Shown: piece after piece, positions 1-11,180 of the stretch
How the letters are laid out: every line of letters starts with the position of its first letter
How positions within the stretch are numbered: position 1 is the first letter of the stretch
Assembly: GCA_013239625.1 (NCBI GenBank)
Contig: MU054323.1
Span: 9,103,220 to 9,167,219 of the forward strand
Reading direction: 5' to 3'
DNA: 64,000 bases
Origin: Lama guanicoe
Taxonomy: Eukaryota
Translations under genes and position numbers: made by a program
The notes under the pieces: model-generated
Database searches by the model: none
The model's input: only the letters and a program-made list of their open reading frames with translations
What the model was told of the DNA's origin: nothing

Positions 1-59
1 ATTCAAGGCTTGAATGTAATAAATGAAACAGTGACATAGTATGAAAATTTAGATGAATA

Positions 60-420
60 TCTGAACATTCCCAGGTAAGGAAGCCAGTAAACCCAAAAGA
101 CATAATGAAAGTAAACAGATTTTAATTTTTAAAAATTAAAAAAATGTATCTCCAAAGACACTGTAAATAAAGTCAAATGAAAAAGCACAAATTTGGTGAA
201 AATTCTTGTAATACATATGGTACATTTCTAATCTCAAATAACACCTCCAAATTGCTGGGAAAAAGACAAATCCAGGATAAAAATGGACAGAAGATATAGG
301 TCTGTAATTTCAGAAAGGGAAATGTAAATTGCCAGTAAACATGAAAAGAAGCTAAATTATTAGCAAAGAAAATGCAAATTAAAATAATCTTTTTTACCTA
401 TCAGATTGATAAAATTTGTT
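60..420 (+). mobile_element. Highly decayed LINE-1 ORF2 3' fragment
   Basis: A-rich sequence with L1-like words (aaaatggacagaagatat, gccagtaaacatgaaaaga, gaaaatgcaaattaaaa). Confidence 0.6.
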
Positions 421-714
421 TTACATACTCCTATTGACTAGTGGGATATTTGACTACAGACAAGATTTTTTAAGAAAGTTTAAAATTATTGTACCTGTAT
501 CTGAAAAGATTATTGAAACGACTTAAATCGTTTCCCACTATAGCTAAAGCCAGGGGAACAGTTCTTGATAGAACTATGTGGCTAGGAGCTTTATTTTGGC
601 AATAGTGATTTTCACAACTTAATTTACATTCATTCTCAGTGCTACACATTGTGTTGATAGAGACAGCAAAGGCAAGTCCTTCCTGTATCAAAAATAAGGG
701 GTTTTTCCATAAAG

Positions 715-3420
715 AAAACTCCAGGCTATATGACTTCACTGGAGAATTCTAGCAAATGTTTAAGTAAGAAATAAAACTAATTCTACACAAATTCTTTCAG
801 AAAATAGAAGAGTCAAGGGAACACTTCCCAAATCATTTTATAAGGTCAGCATTTATTTCTGTGATACCAAAACTAGACAATGACATTAGAAGGAAAAAAA
901 AATTAGGATCTCTCATGAATATAAATGCCAAAACCTTAAAAAATTTTAGCAAATTATATATATATCATGACCAAGTAGGGTCTATTCCAGGAATGCAAGA
1001 TTGGTCGTTTGCTTATATGTGGAATCTAAAAAAAAAGATACAAATGAACTTATTTGCAAAACAGAAATAGATTCACAGACATAAAAAACAAACTTATTAC
1101 CAGGGGGGAAGGGGGGAGAGATAAAGTAGGAGTTTGGAATTAACATATACACACTAATATATATAAAATAGATAACCAACAAGGACCTACTGCATAGCAC
1201 AAGGGACTATATTCAATATCTTGTAGTAACCTATAATGGAAAATAATATGAAAAAGGATATATATATACACACACACACACCCCCATAATAACTAAATCA
1301 CTTTGCTGTACACTTGAAACTAACACATTGTAAATCAACTATAATTCAATTAAAAAACCCTAAATATAACTGAAAAAATGTTGTTCAATACATCAAAAAC
1401 CTCATGATAATTCCAGTAGAAGCAGAAACAGCATCTGACAAAATTCTATATCCATTCATAATAAAAAATCAGTCAATTTGGAACAGAGGTATAACTTGAT
1501 CTTCTTGACAAAGAATATGAAAAATCTACAGTTAACATCATACTTAATGAGAAAGACTGAATGCTTTCCCCCTCATATTGGAAATAAATCAAGGATTTAG
1601 TCTCAATACTTCTATTCAACATCATACTGGATTGTCTTGCCAGTGTGATAAGACAGGAAAAAGAAAGAAAAGGTATACAGATTTGAAAGGAAGAAGTAAA
1701 ACTCCTTCTTTGTAGATGGCTTGATCATCTTTGTAGAAAATCCTAAGAAATCTAGCTAAACTACTAGGAATAGTAGGTTTAGCAAGGTAATAGGATACAA
1801 GGCCAGTATTAAAAATCAATTTTATTCCTATATACCAGCAATGAACAGTAAGAAATTAAAATTATCAAAGCAATACTATAGAAAATATGATGCCAATTCT
1901 CCCTAACCTGACCTATAGAGTCAATGCAATTCCAGTAAGAATCCTAGATGGAAATTTTTAGAAATTGGCAAGCTGAGTGTAAAATTTATGTGGAAGTACA
2001 AAGGACCTAGAATAGACAACAATCTGAAAAGAAGAACGAAGTTGGAGGATGTAAACTATCTGATATCAAGACTTATCACAAGTTATAGTAATCAGACAGA
2101 TATTGATACAAAGGTAAACATGTAGATCATTTGAACAGAAAAGAGAGTATAGAAATAGACCCACAGATATGTGGGCAGTCTATTTTTAACAAGGTAATTT
2201 CAACAGATGAAAGGATAGTCTTCAACAAATGGTGCTAGAACAAATGGGTATCCATATGCAAAAGCATGAACCCTTACCTCACACCATACTCAAAAACTAA
2301 CTTCAAATGGCTCAGAGACCTAAATGTAAGAGTTAAAACAACAAAACATCTTGAAGAAAATATAGGAGGAAATCCAAAACCTTGTGTTAGGGAGATTTCT
2401 TAGGGCACCAAAAACATGAATGAAATATTTTAAAAACTGGTAAATTGGACTTTAACAAAATTAAAACTTTTGCCCTTCAAAGGAGTATCAAGAGACAAGC
2501 CACAGACTGGGAGAAAATATTTGAAGAACATATATCTGATAATGGACTCTTATGACTCAATAATAAAAACCCAATAAGACAAACAATCTAATAAAAATGG
2601 GGAAAAATTTGAACAGAGACATCAAAGAAGATACATAGACATCAAATAAGTATATAAGAAGAATCTCAACATTATTAGACACTAGGGAAATGCAAATTTA
2701 AAACAATGAGTATACTACAGACCCAATAGAAAGGCTAAGATGAAAAAGACTGAAAATACTGACTTCTGGAGTAAGTGTGGAACAACTGGAACTCATACAT
2801 CATTTGTGGGAATGCAAAATGGTACAGACATGTTGGAAAATAGTTTGGCAGTTTCTTATAACATTCAACATACATTTATAACCTAGCAGTTCTACTCTTA
2901 GGTATTTATCCAAGAGAAATGAAAACATATATCCACGTAAAGACTTACATGTGCATATTTATACCAGCATTATTTATAATTGCTCCAAATTGGAAACAAT
3001 CCAAATGTCCTTGAACTGATGAAAGGGCAAAGAAACTGTGGTATAGCCATATAATAGAATGCTAATTAGCAATAAAAAGAAATCAACTGCTGATACAACA
3101 ACACGGATGAATCTCAAAAGTATTATGCTAGGTGAAAGTAGCCAGACAAAAGGCCACATTACATATTGTATGATTTCATTTATATGAAATTCTAGAAAAG
3201 GCAAAAGGATTGAGATGGAAAGCAGGCCAGGGGCTGGCGAATATCAACAGTAAAGAAACTGCATAGAGAACTTCCTGGGATGATAAAGTTCTATATTATG
3301 ATTGTGGTGGTGGTTAAATGACTGTATACATTTGTCAAAACTCATTGAAGCATATACTTAAAATGGATGAAATCTTATTATATATGAAAATTATGTCTCA
3401 ATAAAGCTGACTTTTAAAGA
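715..3420 (+). mobile_element. Old LINE-1 (L1MB/MC-like), decayed ORF2 from the RT region to the 3' UTR, interrupted at about 1011-1357
   Basis: Remnant peptides such as LIPKLD, SLMNINAK and HDQVGSIPGMQDW resemble L1 RT. The sequence follows L1 ORF2 colinearly and ends at caataaagctgacttttaaa. Many stops and indels. Confidence 0.9.
1011..1357 (+). mobile_element. Younger artiodactyl-type LINE-1 3' end nested in the older L1
   Basis: Typical cetartiodactyl L1 3' UTR (aacaaggacctactgcatagcaca..., tcactttgctgtacac..., tgtaaatcaactata), with an internal (TA)n(CA)n and a short A tail. Confidence 0.85.
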
Positions 3421-3671
3421 AGGCCAGGGTGGGGCCGGGGCATTGAGACATGCAGGAGCATAAAGTATAAAACTTTGGCAATATTTCCTAAGCACGTTGG
3501 GCTTACTACTGATTTCCCCTAAAGAGCATGGTTGGGCTAATTACGGAGACACTCTGGGCCAGGCTCAATTGAGTGTTAAGATTGGCCTATAGGAGCCTAT
3601 TTGTCTTTATATTGAGAGCCCTAATTCTACCTCTGTTCATCCACTGTAAATGGTTCTCTTTCCTTTGACAG

Positions 3672-3812
3672 TGTGGGCTTTGAAGTCAGAAGAATTTGTA
3701 TTTGCATCTTGGCTTTGCCACTTAGTAGCTTTGGGACATAGGAAGATTAACCTGAATTTCTTATAAGTAAAATGAAACTATTAACATCTTCCTCATAGGG
3801 ACTTTGTGAATC
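3672..3812 (+). mobile_element. MIR SINE fragment
   Basis: gggctttgaagtcaga...ggctttgccacttagtagct...gtaaaatg...cctcataggg resembles the MIR core. Confidence 0.7.
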
Positions 3813-4344
3813 TGTCATTCCCTGTTCCTCAGTGTCCTTCCCCAAAATCAGTGACTAGAACTCTTATCATATGTTGCTGCTTCACTGACCTTCCCACCTT
3901 ACTCCCTTGCCCTCCCTTGCTCTTCTGCACACCTGCTGCACAGACTGGGCACACTTATTCCATCGTGGGTTCTACCCCCGCCCTTCCCTCATCCTTACCA
4001 TGTTCTGCCAAGTCCCCCTTTCTCTGTGTCTAGTCTGAAAGACATTGTTGGTGCCAGTCTTCTTTGCCTTCTCTCTCACTTGTCTGCAAAACCCCTTTCT
4101 TTCCTTTAAGATGCCCTGTACCTCTGTGACTTCCCAGAGTACCCTATTTTGCCACAGCTACTCAAAACACTTCAATCACCTATGTGTTCAAGCTAACAAT
4201 GCCCATAAAAAGATCAGTTTTCCATTTCCTCTTCACCTTTGTAGATACTGAGGTATAGATTTAATGTTCAAGTTCACATAAGAAAGAGATCTGCTTGCAA
4301 TTAGGTTGACCACAAAATGGAGAACTGACTTATCTAAGGGATGG

Positions 4345-5330
4345 ATTCCAAAGATATGTTGTTAACAGTTACATTAAAATTTATTAAGAATCCATAAGTC
4401 TATACTGATATTAAATAAATAAATGAAAAAATAAACAAAAGTCATCCTTAAAGTAGAATGCCAACTAGTAAACACAGAAGTTTGAAAAATCACCATTTTG
4501 AAACCATCATAGTAATAACTAATTCAGGCAAGAATTACCAATGGATGCATTAAAACTGCTGGATAAGTGTTTGATGAGGGCAAAATATTTACAAGTTTCA
4601 AAGTATCTCTCCATGGATTACCTATTAATTACAAATGAAAAAAGTAACTTTCAGTGGAGCAGTCTGGTGGACACCACCTTGACCAAGTGATCAGCGTACC
4701 AGTAATGAGAGAAACTGATGTCACATGCTCTCTGATGTAGGTCCTTGACAAGGACATAAGGTCACTTGTGTACTATTCCTGCCCCCAAAGCATAACCTAA
4801 TTTGGATCATGGGGAAGCATCAGACATACCTACACAGAAAAATTGTTTAAAACAATGAGCTTGTGCTTTTCCAAAAATACCAATATCAAGGAAGACAAAA
4901 AGACTGAGGACCTGTTTTATAGTAGAGACTAAAGCAACATGACTTAATTCAATGTGATACATAATCTTGGATTGGCTCCTGGACCAAAAAAATTATAAAG
5001 AACATTATTGAGCTGTTCATGTAAGATAAGATTATCACAGTGTTAAGTTTCCTGATTTTGGTAATTGTAGTTTTGTTATGTCCTTGTTCTTAGGAGATAT
5101 ATCCTGAAGTGTTAAGAGGTTACCCTGTCTGCAGCTTACTTTCAAACTGTCATGCAAAAAAAAAAAAAAGTGTATTTATGTATTTTGAGAGACAGCAATA
5201 AAACAAAGTGGCAAATTTGTTAGCATTGGCAAAATGCTAGTAGCTGGTGAAAAACTATGTGAAGTGTAAATGGGAGTACTGCAACTTTACTAGGTTTTAT
5301 CTTTTTAAAACTAAAAATTATATTAAGAGA
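4345..5330 (+). mobile_element. Ancient LINE-1 (L1MC/ME-type) long 3' UTR fragment
   Basis: gaatgccaactagtaaa, caccattttg..accatcatagtaata, caccaccttgaccaagtgatca, ttggattggctcctggacc match remembered old L1 3' UTR consensus. Confidence 0.75.
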
Positions 5331-6189
5331 AGTTTTTAATAAAAGAAATTTTACTAAAGAAGTTAAAAAAAATCAGTATCAGTCACTCTTTGTGAATTTG
5401 CAAATGGGCCAATTTCAGCCTTTCAATGATTTCCATCTTTTTCTTAATTCAGTTACGTGGATATCTACTATACTTTGGGGTAAACTGAATTGAGAGAACC
5501 TCTTGCCTGCATCTGGAAATACCCTGTGTCATTGAGGCAATTTCCTTTGCAACTAAGGAGTAGGCAGTGATACCCTCTTGAAAGTCCAGGGGGCTGGGAG
5601 GAACCTTTTCTGGCTGTGACAGTGATTGCAGGAAAACTGAATTCTGGGATGTTAGTGGCAGTGTTGGCAGTGCTGTGATGGCATCCAGTGCCGGTAACAC
5701 AACCGGTCGATTTTATTTTCAGCCAAGAACCTTGACTGAGGCAATCCCATGTGTTAAACTTTTCTGAGAGGCCAGCAGTCTTGCCTAGTTCTTTCCTATC
5801 TGCTGACTCCCCAGTTATACAGTCCTTCTAAGTGGTATATGCTCAGTTAATGACTGCTGATGGACCGACTCTCAGCGGCCCGGGCCTCCACCTTCTCACT
5901 AGAAGTGAGATGGTCGGGTTGGGGGTGGTGTTCCATATACTTCCTCACAGAGAGGACAGCAGTCTGGCCTCATTCCCAAAATACAAGGAAGTAGGGAGGC
6001 CCCTGGCTGACAGGGGCCATCAGCTCCAAGACCAGTTAATATTATCTTAAAAGTCACATTACATGCAACAATGGAAAAGCTCTTTGAAATTTAGCATGAA
6101 AGGGTGGCAAAGTACTACTTAACTGTCACAGAAAAGTGTAAGGGCATGAACTTCTATTGTTTGCTCTGCATCAGGAAGCAGCAGAGCTA

Positions 6190-6345
6190 GGCACTTTAAT
6201 ACACTCACAAGACTGGCCTCATTTCACCTTTATAATGACCCCCCTGACACTTGAGAGAACTGAGGCTAAGACATTAAATGATTTGTTCAGGGTCACCCAG
6301 CTAGTAAACGGCAGAGTTGCAATTTGCATCCAGACCCAGTTGATT
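6190..6345 (-). mobile_element. MIR SINE fragment
   Basis: gaactgaggct...gatttgttcagggtcacccagctagtaaacggcagag is the reverse MIR core. Confidence 0.75.
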
Positions 6346-8019
6346 CCACACCCTGTTCATGTTACACCTCACAGTAAATGACTGTGGGAGGAAGGCAGGC
6401 AGGCAGTGGGGGAGGAAAGGAGGAAGGAAATCACCAGGCAAAAAGAGTCTCCCTCCCTTCGGATATCTCATACTTGTTTGTTCTTCTCTTAGGACACACA
6501 GGCATTGTACTGACTATTCTGTGTACAGCCTGCAGTCTGGGACAACCTGGAAACTCTTTGAGGGCAGAGACCACATCTCTGTCCCCTATGTCTCTTCCAC
6601 TGCCTCACCCAGGGCTTTGAGTTGACCTGACCCCTGGTCCTAGTTCCATTGTGTTTCTCTCTTCCAGTGATCTCTCCCAAGGGGGCCAGATGACCCTCGC
6701 TAAACCACCTCGGGACCTTCTTTAGTGTCAGTGAAAATGGAGGTTAGGTTGCCACAGCCTAGAGTTACTTGATAGTCTTATTGTTGAATCTATTTATACC
6801 ACAAGGCTTTCAAGTGCCAATAAATTACTCGGCTGTTGATTCACATCTTCAGTATAACTATTTTTATACATTGGTATAATTTTTTTTTAATGGAAAGTGC
6901 TTTAAAAGTGGAAGCTGTATTGTATCACTGTGATTTTCCTGTAAGTAAAGCACTTTCCAATCAATCATTCTTGGAATAATGGAATAGTTCTCATTGATAC
7001 AACATGACGGTTTTAACCTTTTACTGAAAATTATTTTTGTGCCAAAAGGGGTGATGGCATAATTCATCTTTCTTCAATAAAAAATATCCACGTGGCTACT
7101 ATTCATTGTCTTCTCACAATAATTTCCTCTTAAGGAAGAGCTGCTCTTAGAGAATGGATGTGGCATTCTGAAATTCCGGCTCTCCTGAGGGCCTTCACAC
7201 TCCTGGGCTCTGAGAAGTCCTGGTTTGTGGACCTGTGGGGGCAGCTGGAGTGACAGTGAAGTGAAAGGGCAGCAACACTGATGGAGAAGCTGAACTCTCT
7301 AGGCGGGGTTTAGGGGGTGGCACTGCAGGGCTGGGGGTGGGGATGACACTTATGAGTTGCTGATGAGGGGACCCCAAGGGGAGAATCTGAGCAGTGGGCA
7401 CTCCTCTGGACAGCACCCAGAGCTGGGGTGTGGGGTTGGGGGGCAGCCTCTGCCACCTCACCCTCAACTATGACCTAGGTCTGCTCCCTCACCGAAGGTA
7501 CCAGTCCATGGGAGGCAGGAGCACGTGATAAACCTCATGGAGCTGGCAGGAAATGCTTGAAAATAGCTGCAGGGGGCCCCCTAGCAGATCTCACCCACGC
7601 GTTGAGCCAGGTTCAAGTGGTCCGCGTGAGTTCTTTTATCTGAGGTTCTGCTCATCGTCAGGTGCTCTCTGCTGGGTGCTGTGCAGGTTGTCGCCTTTAG
7701 TTCACAAGAACCCTGTTGGGGGTGGGTGTAGCTGGGGCTGCAGTGTCTGGTTCTGCAAGGTGGCTCTGCACGAGGCCGCCCAGGTGAGGGGGTGACTGTG
7801 GGTCTGCGGGCCAGGCTCAGCTCCCTAAGCCGGGGGCCTGTTCGGAGAGGCGCCTTCTAACTTGCACAATGCGCCATAGAAGCTGGCAGCAAGCCTAGGG
7901 GGATCCTTATTTTAAAACTGAGCAAACTAGGATTGGAGGAGGTTAAATAACTTGCCCAAGGTAAGAATAAAGGTGGTAAATAGCAGTCAAGATTATACCA
8001 AGGACATCTGTGTAGAAAT

Positions 8020-8720
8020 CTAGCAACAGAGCAGGTGGAGAAGCTATTTTGGGAGACAGACTGGTCTTCTGGCTACTGCTCAAATCTTTGTATTTCCCCA
8101 TGGGGAGGGCTTATGTTTTCTCTAGCAGTGAAGAATGACAGGGGTGAGAGTGGAGACCATGGATGGCCCTCTGCATGGGGTCCCGTTTCCCTCTGCGTGC
8201 TTGGGGCAGGAGCAGAGCATGTGAACCAGTCGCCCTGGGCAGGTGTAGGGGAAGAGGGAGGCTACAAAGGGAGCAGAGGCTTCAGGAAAGCAAAACCAGA
8301 CAGAGAACCAAAGAGTCTGACCTGGGTAGGGAGGGCAGAGAGGTCAGGAGGGGGTCAACAGTTCAGAGGAAAATGGAGGGAACTAAGGAAAGTGAGAACA
8401 AGTGAGTGTAGGAGAGGAGGTGAGAGAGCTGGTTGTGGTCAAAGAGGAGGATGTGAGATTTAGTCCCACAGAACTGAAGTCATGCCAGGTATTAACCATT
8501 TCCTGGAAGTTGTCATGGGAGTGGGAGGCTGGGGTGGAGGTGAAGAGTCACTGGAGGTGAGGGCATGAGAACTATAGAACTGTGAGACCTGGTGATGGTT
8601 CATCCTCGTGGTCCCGAAGTCATCCTGCATGGTGGTAGCCCTGGCAGGGGCACGGGAGAGAAAAATGGTGAAGTGGATGTCAAAGTCTTAAATAAACAGA
8701 GAATGATCAGGAAAGGAGGT
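8020..8720 (-). mobile_element. Decayed LINE-2 fragment(s)
   Basis: Purine-rich (GA-rich) segment resembling antisense L2; very diverged. Confidence 0.4.
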
Positions 8721-9039
8721 TGAGGCTTTATAACTGATTTGCGTGTGCCCCAGAGATGCAGGAATCTCTCCAGGAGGGCAGAGGAAGGATGGCTGGACGC
8801 TACAATGAATGTGCCTTCGGATCAGGAGCAGCTTTCACCTTCAAGGGCTGTATAGGGAGCTAAGCTGTAAAAGAGCTTGCTTATAAGGAACAGGACAGCC
8901 AGAAGGTTAATGGGGGAGAGAAGTACAGAGCAGTAAGGGACTGTCCTGGGTCCCCGTGTCTCTCTGACCTTCCTTCTTTGTCTCTGCCATGGGTCTCTCT
9001 CTTCCTCCTCCCGCATCATCGATGTTGGTATTCCAGGTT

Positions 9040-9760
9040 CTGTCCTTCGCTCACTGCCCTCCTTATTCCCCATAATTTCCTGGGTGTCTCAAATAGTATG
9101 CTGTTATAGTTTCAACTGCTGTGAATATGCTGAGTCCTAGGTCATTATCTTTAGCCCAGGCTCTCCTCTATCTTCGGGTTCATGTATCTTAACTACCTGT
9201 GTGTCAGCTTGACCAGCTCATGTCTCTTGCAGGCAACTCTAACTCAGTATGCCCGAATTGAACTCAGCTCTGACTGAACACGGGCCTTTTCTTATCTTTT
9301 CAGTTTGTGGCACATCCACACTGAAAATCTGGGGGCGGGGGTCTTCTGGATAATCACCAGTTGGCAAGTTTAAATTCTAAACACTTCTCTAATCTGTTCT
9401 CTCATCGCATCCCTACTCCCATTGCCCTCCTTCGTGCTCCATCACCTCTGGAAGACCACATTAACTTCCTAACTAGTCTCCCTGTCTCTAGTCTGGCCCC
9501 ATCCACTCCATCCTCTATACTGCTGTAAATCTGGCCACCTCACTTCCCTGCCTAAAGCCGTCTGTACATTTCTCATCTTTCTTAGGATAGAACTATAGCT
9601 CCTTAGCATGGCACACGAGGGCCCCTAGCCCACCTCTCTAGTTTCATCTCTTCTTCCTTTTCACTTATGGAACCTTGGGTTTTCATGGAGATATCTCAGC
9701 TTGAATTCATTCCTAGACTAACTCCTACTCCTCTTCTAAGATTCAACTCAGGTATTAACT
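9040..9760 (+). mobile_element. LINE-2 fragment
   Basis: Pyrimidine-rich L2 words: atctttagcccagg, aactcagtatgcccgaattgaactc, cttcctaactagtctccctg, actccatcctctatactgctg, ctccttagcatggcacacgagg. Confidence 0.75.
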
Positions 9761-10999
9761 TAGTCATCACACATTTGCTGACTGGCACTATATTCAAAGC
9801 ACTGTGTTTCCCCTGATTCCACGAGTCTGGGTTAGGTACCCTCCTAGACACTCCTGTCCTCTGGCATGGTCTCCGTCACTTCTGCACCCTCAGGATACTG
9901 CAAGGCTAGGCTCGCCGCTAAAATACGTGCTGACTGAATCCAGGACTGTCAGGAGGATGGGTGTGGAGTGATTAGGTGAGGAGCACACACCGTCCCAAGA
10001 ATGCCCTGTAGGAGGGATGACAGTGAGACAGACTTGTGCAAGTCCTAGTTTGCCAGATTCCAGCTGATGGAAAAATGGGAGACTTGTAAGGCACGATGGG
10101 AATTAAGCGTGGCTGGGGAAAAAAAGAAAACCCAGTGTGGTGAAAATCCGCAAGGTAAGAACTTGTCAGGCGCCTACAACAGAGCCCAGACTTATCGTGC
10201 AAGACTGATGTCATTGCGGAGCTTCATTTGTTAGGAATCTGTACCCACGCCACCGGGTGATTCATCACCCAAACTGCCGAGGGACCATAACAGTTAAAGT
10301 CCTTGCGTTCCTCCCTGATGTGTTAACACATTCCATCTGACAAGTAGATACCACTTTCCTTTCTTTGCAAAACCTCTCCCCACACAAAGCTCTTCAAAGC
10401 TTCCACTGTGGACCTGAATTCCTCAGCCAGGCTCGTGGTTTCAGAGGCCAGGGAAAAGGCAAATGGGAAGAAACATGACTAAATCCCAAGTCAATGGGCT
10501 ATTTCTTCTTCATAAAAAAGAATACTACAAGGGGCTCAGGAAAGGGACAGAGAACAGTGTAAACCCACTAAGGTCCCTGCTACCTTCCAGCCCTGTGCAG
10601 GCAGAGCTGCTGAGGTGGCTTCCCCTCAGGCCAGTTTGGTGGCAAGTCCTGCTTTGCTCTTGCTTCCCAGGTCCAAGAATGGGGCTTCTGCCTTGTTCCT
10701 GTTGGGAGGAGGCTGAGGCATGAACATCTGGTTGGGCCTGGGAGAGTGTACAAGCCATTCTTTGTCTTTAAAAGGGCTAATCATGGATGGGCAGGAGACA
10801 TGGTGTCAGGAACCTTGGGGAAGGAGCACAGAAGGACACACACCTGGTGTCAAATCCTGCCTGCTGCCCTTTTTGTTATCTGTGTCAGCTTTTAAGGATG
10901 GTAAACCAACCGTGAAGCCCCTCTGTACTCAGCTGGGAAAAATGTTTTTCTCAAGTAGGGACATGTCTTCTCCACTGGGACGATGTAGTAAATGATGTG

Positions 11000-11180
11000 G
11001 AAGCCGATGGCCCTGACTTTAAGTCCTGATTTCCCCACTCTGGCAAGTGACTCAGCGTCTCGTGTGACTATTTATCTATAACATGGGCACCTACCTCATA
11101 GGGCTATTGTAAATAGTGAATTGGATAATGTATGTGAAAAGGCCTAGCACAGTGTCTGGAGCAGAGCAGGTGTTCAACAA
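11000..11180 (+). mobile_element. MIR SINE
   Basis: ggcaagtgactc...acctacctcatagggctattgtaaa...gataatgtatgtgaaa..cctagcacagtgtctgg. Confidence 0.75.

Noticed and set aside
861..3204. Short ORFs with reverse-transcriptase-like peptides
   Set aside because: Decayed LINE-1 ORF2 remnants with many stops and frameshifts; not a functional RT system.
8035..8463. 142-aa G/R-rich ORF
   Set aside because: GTG start, lies in purine-rich decayed L2-like sequence, no domain recognised.
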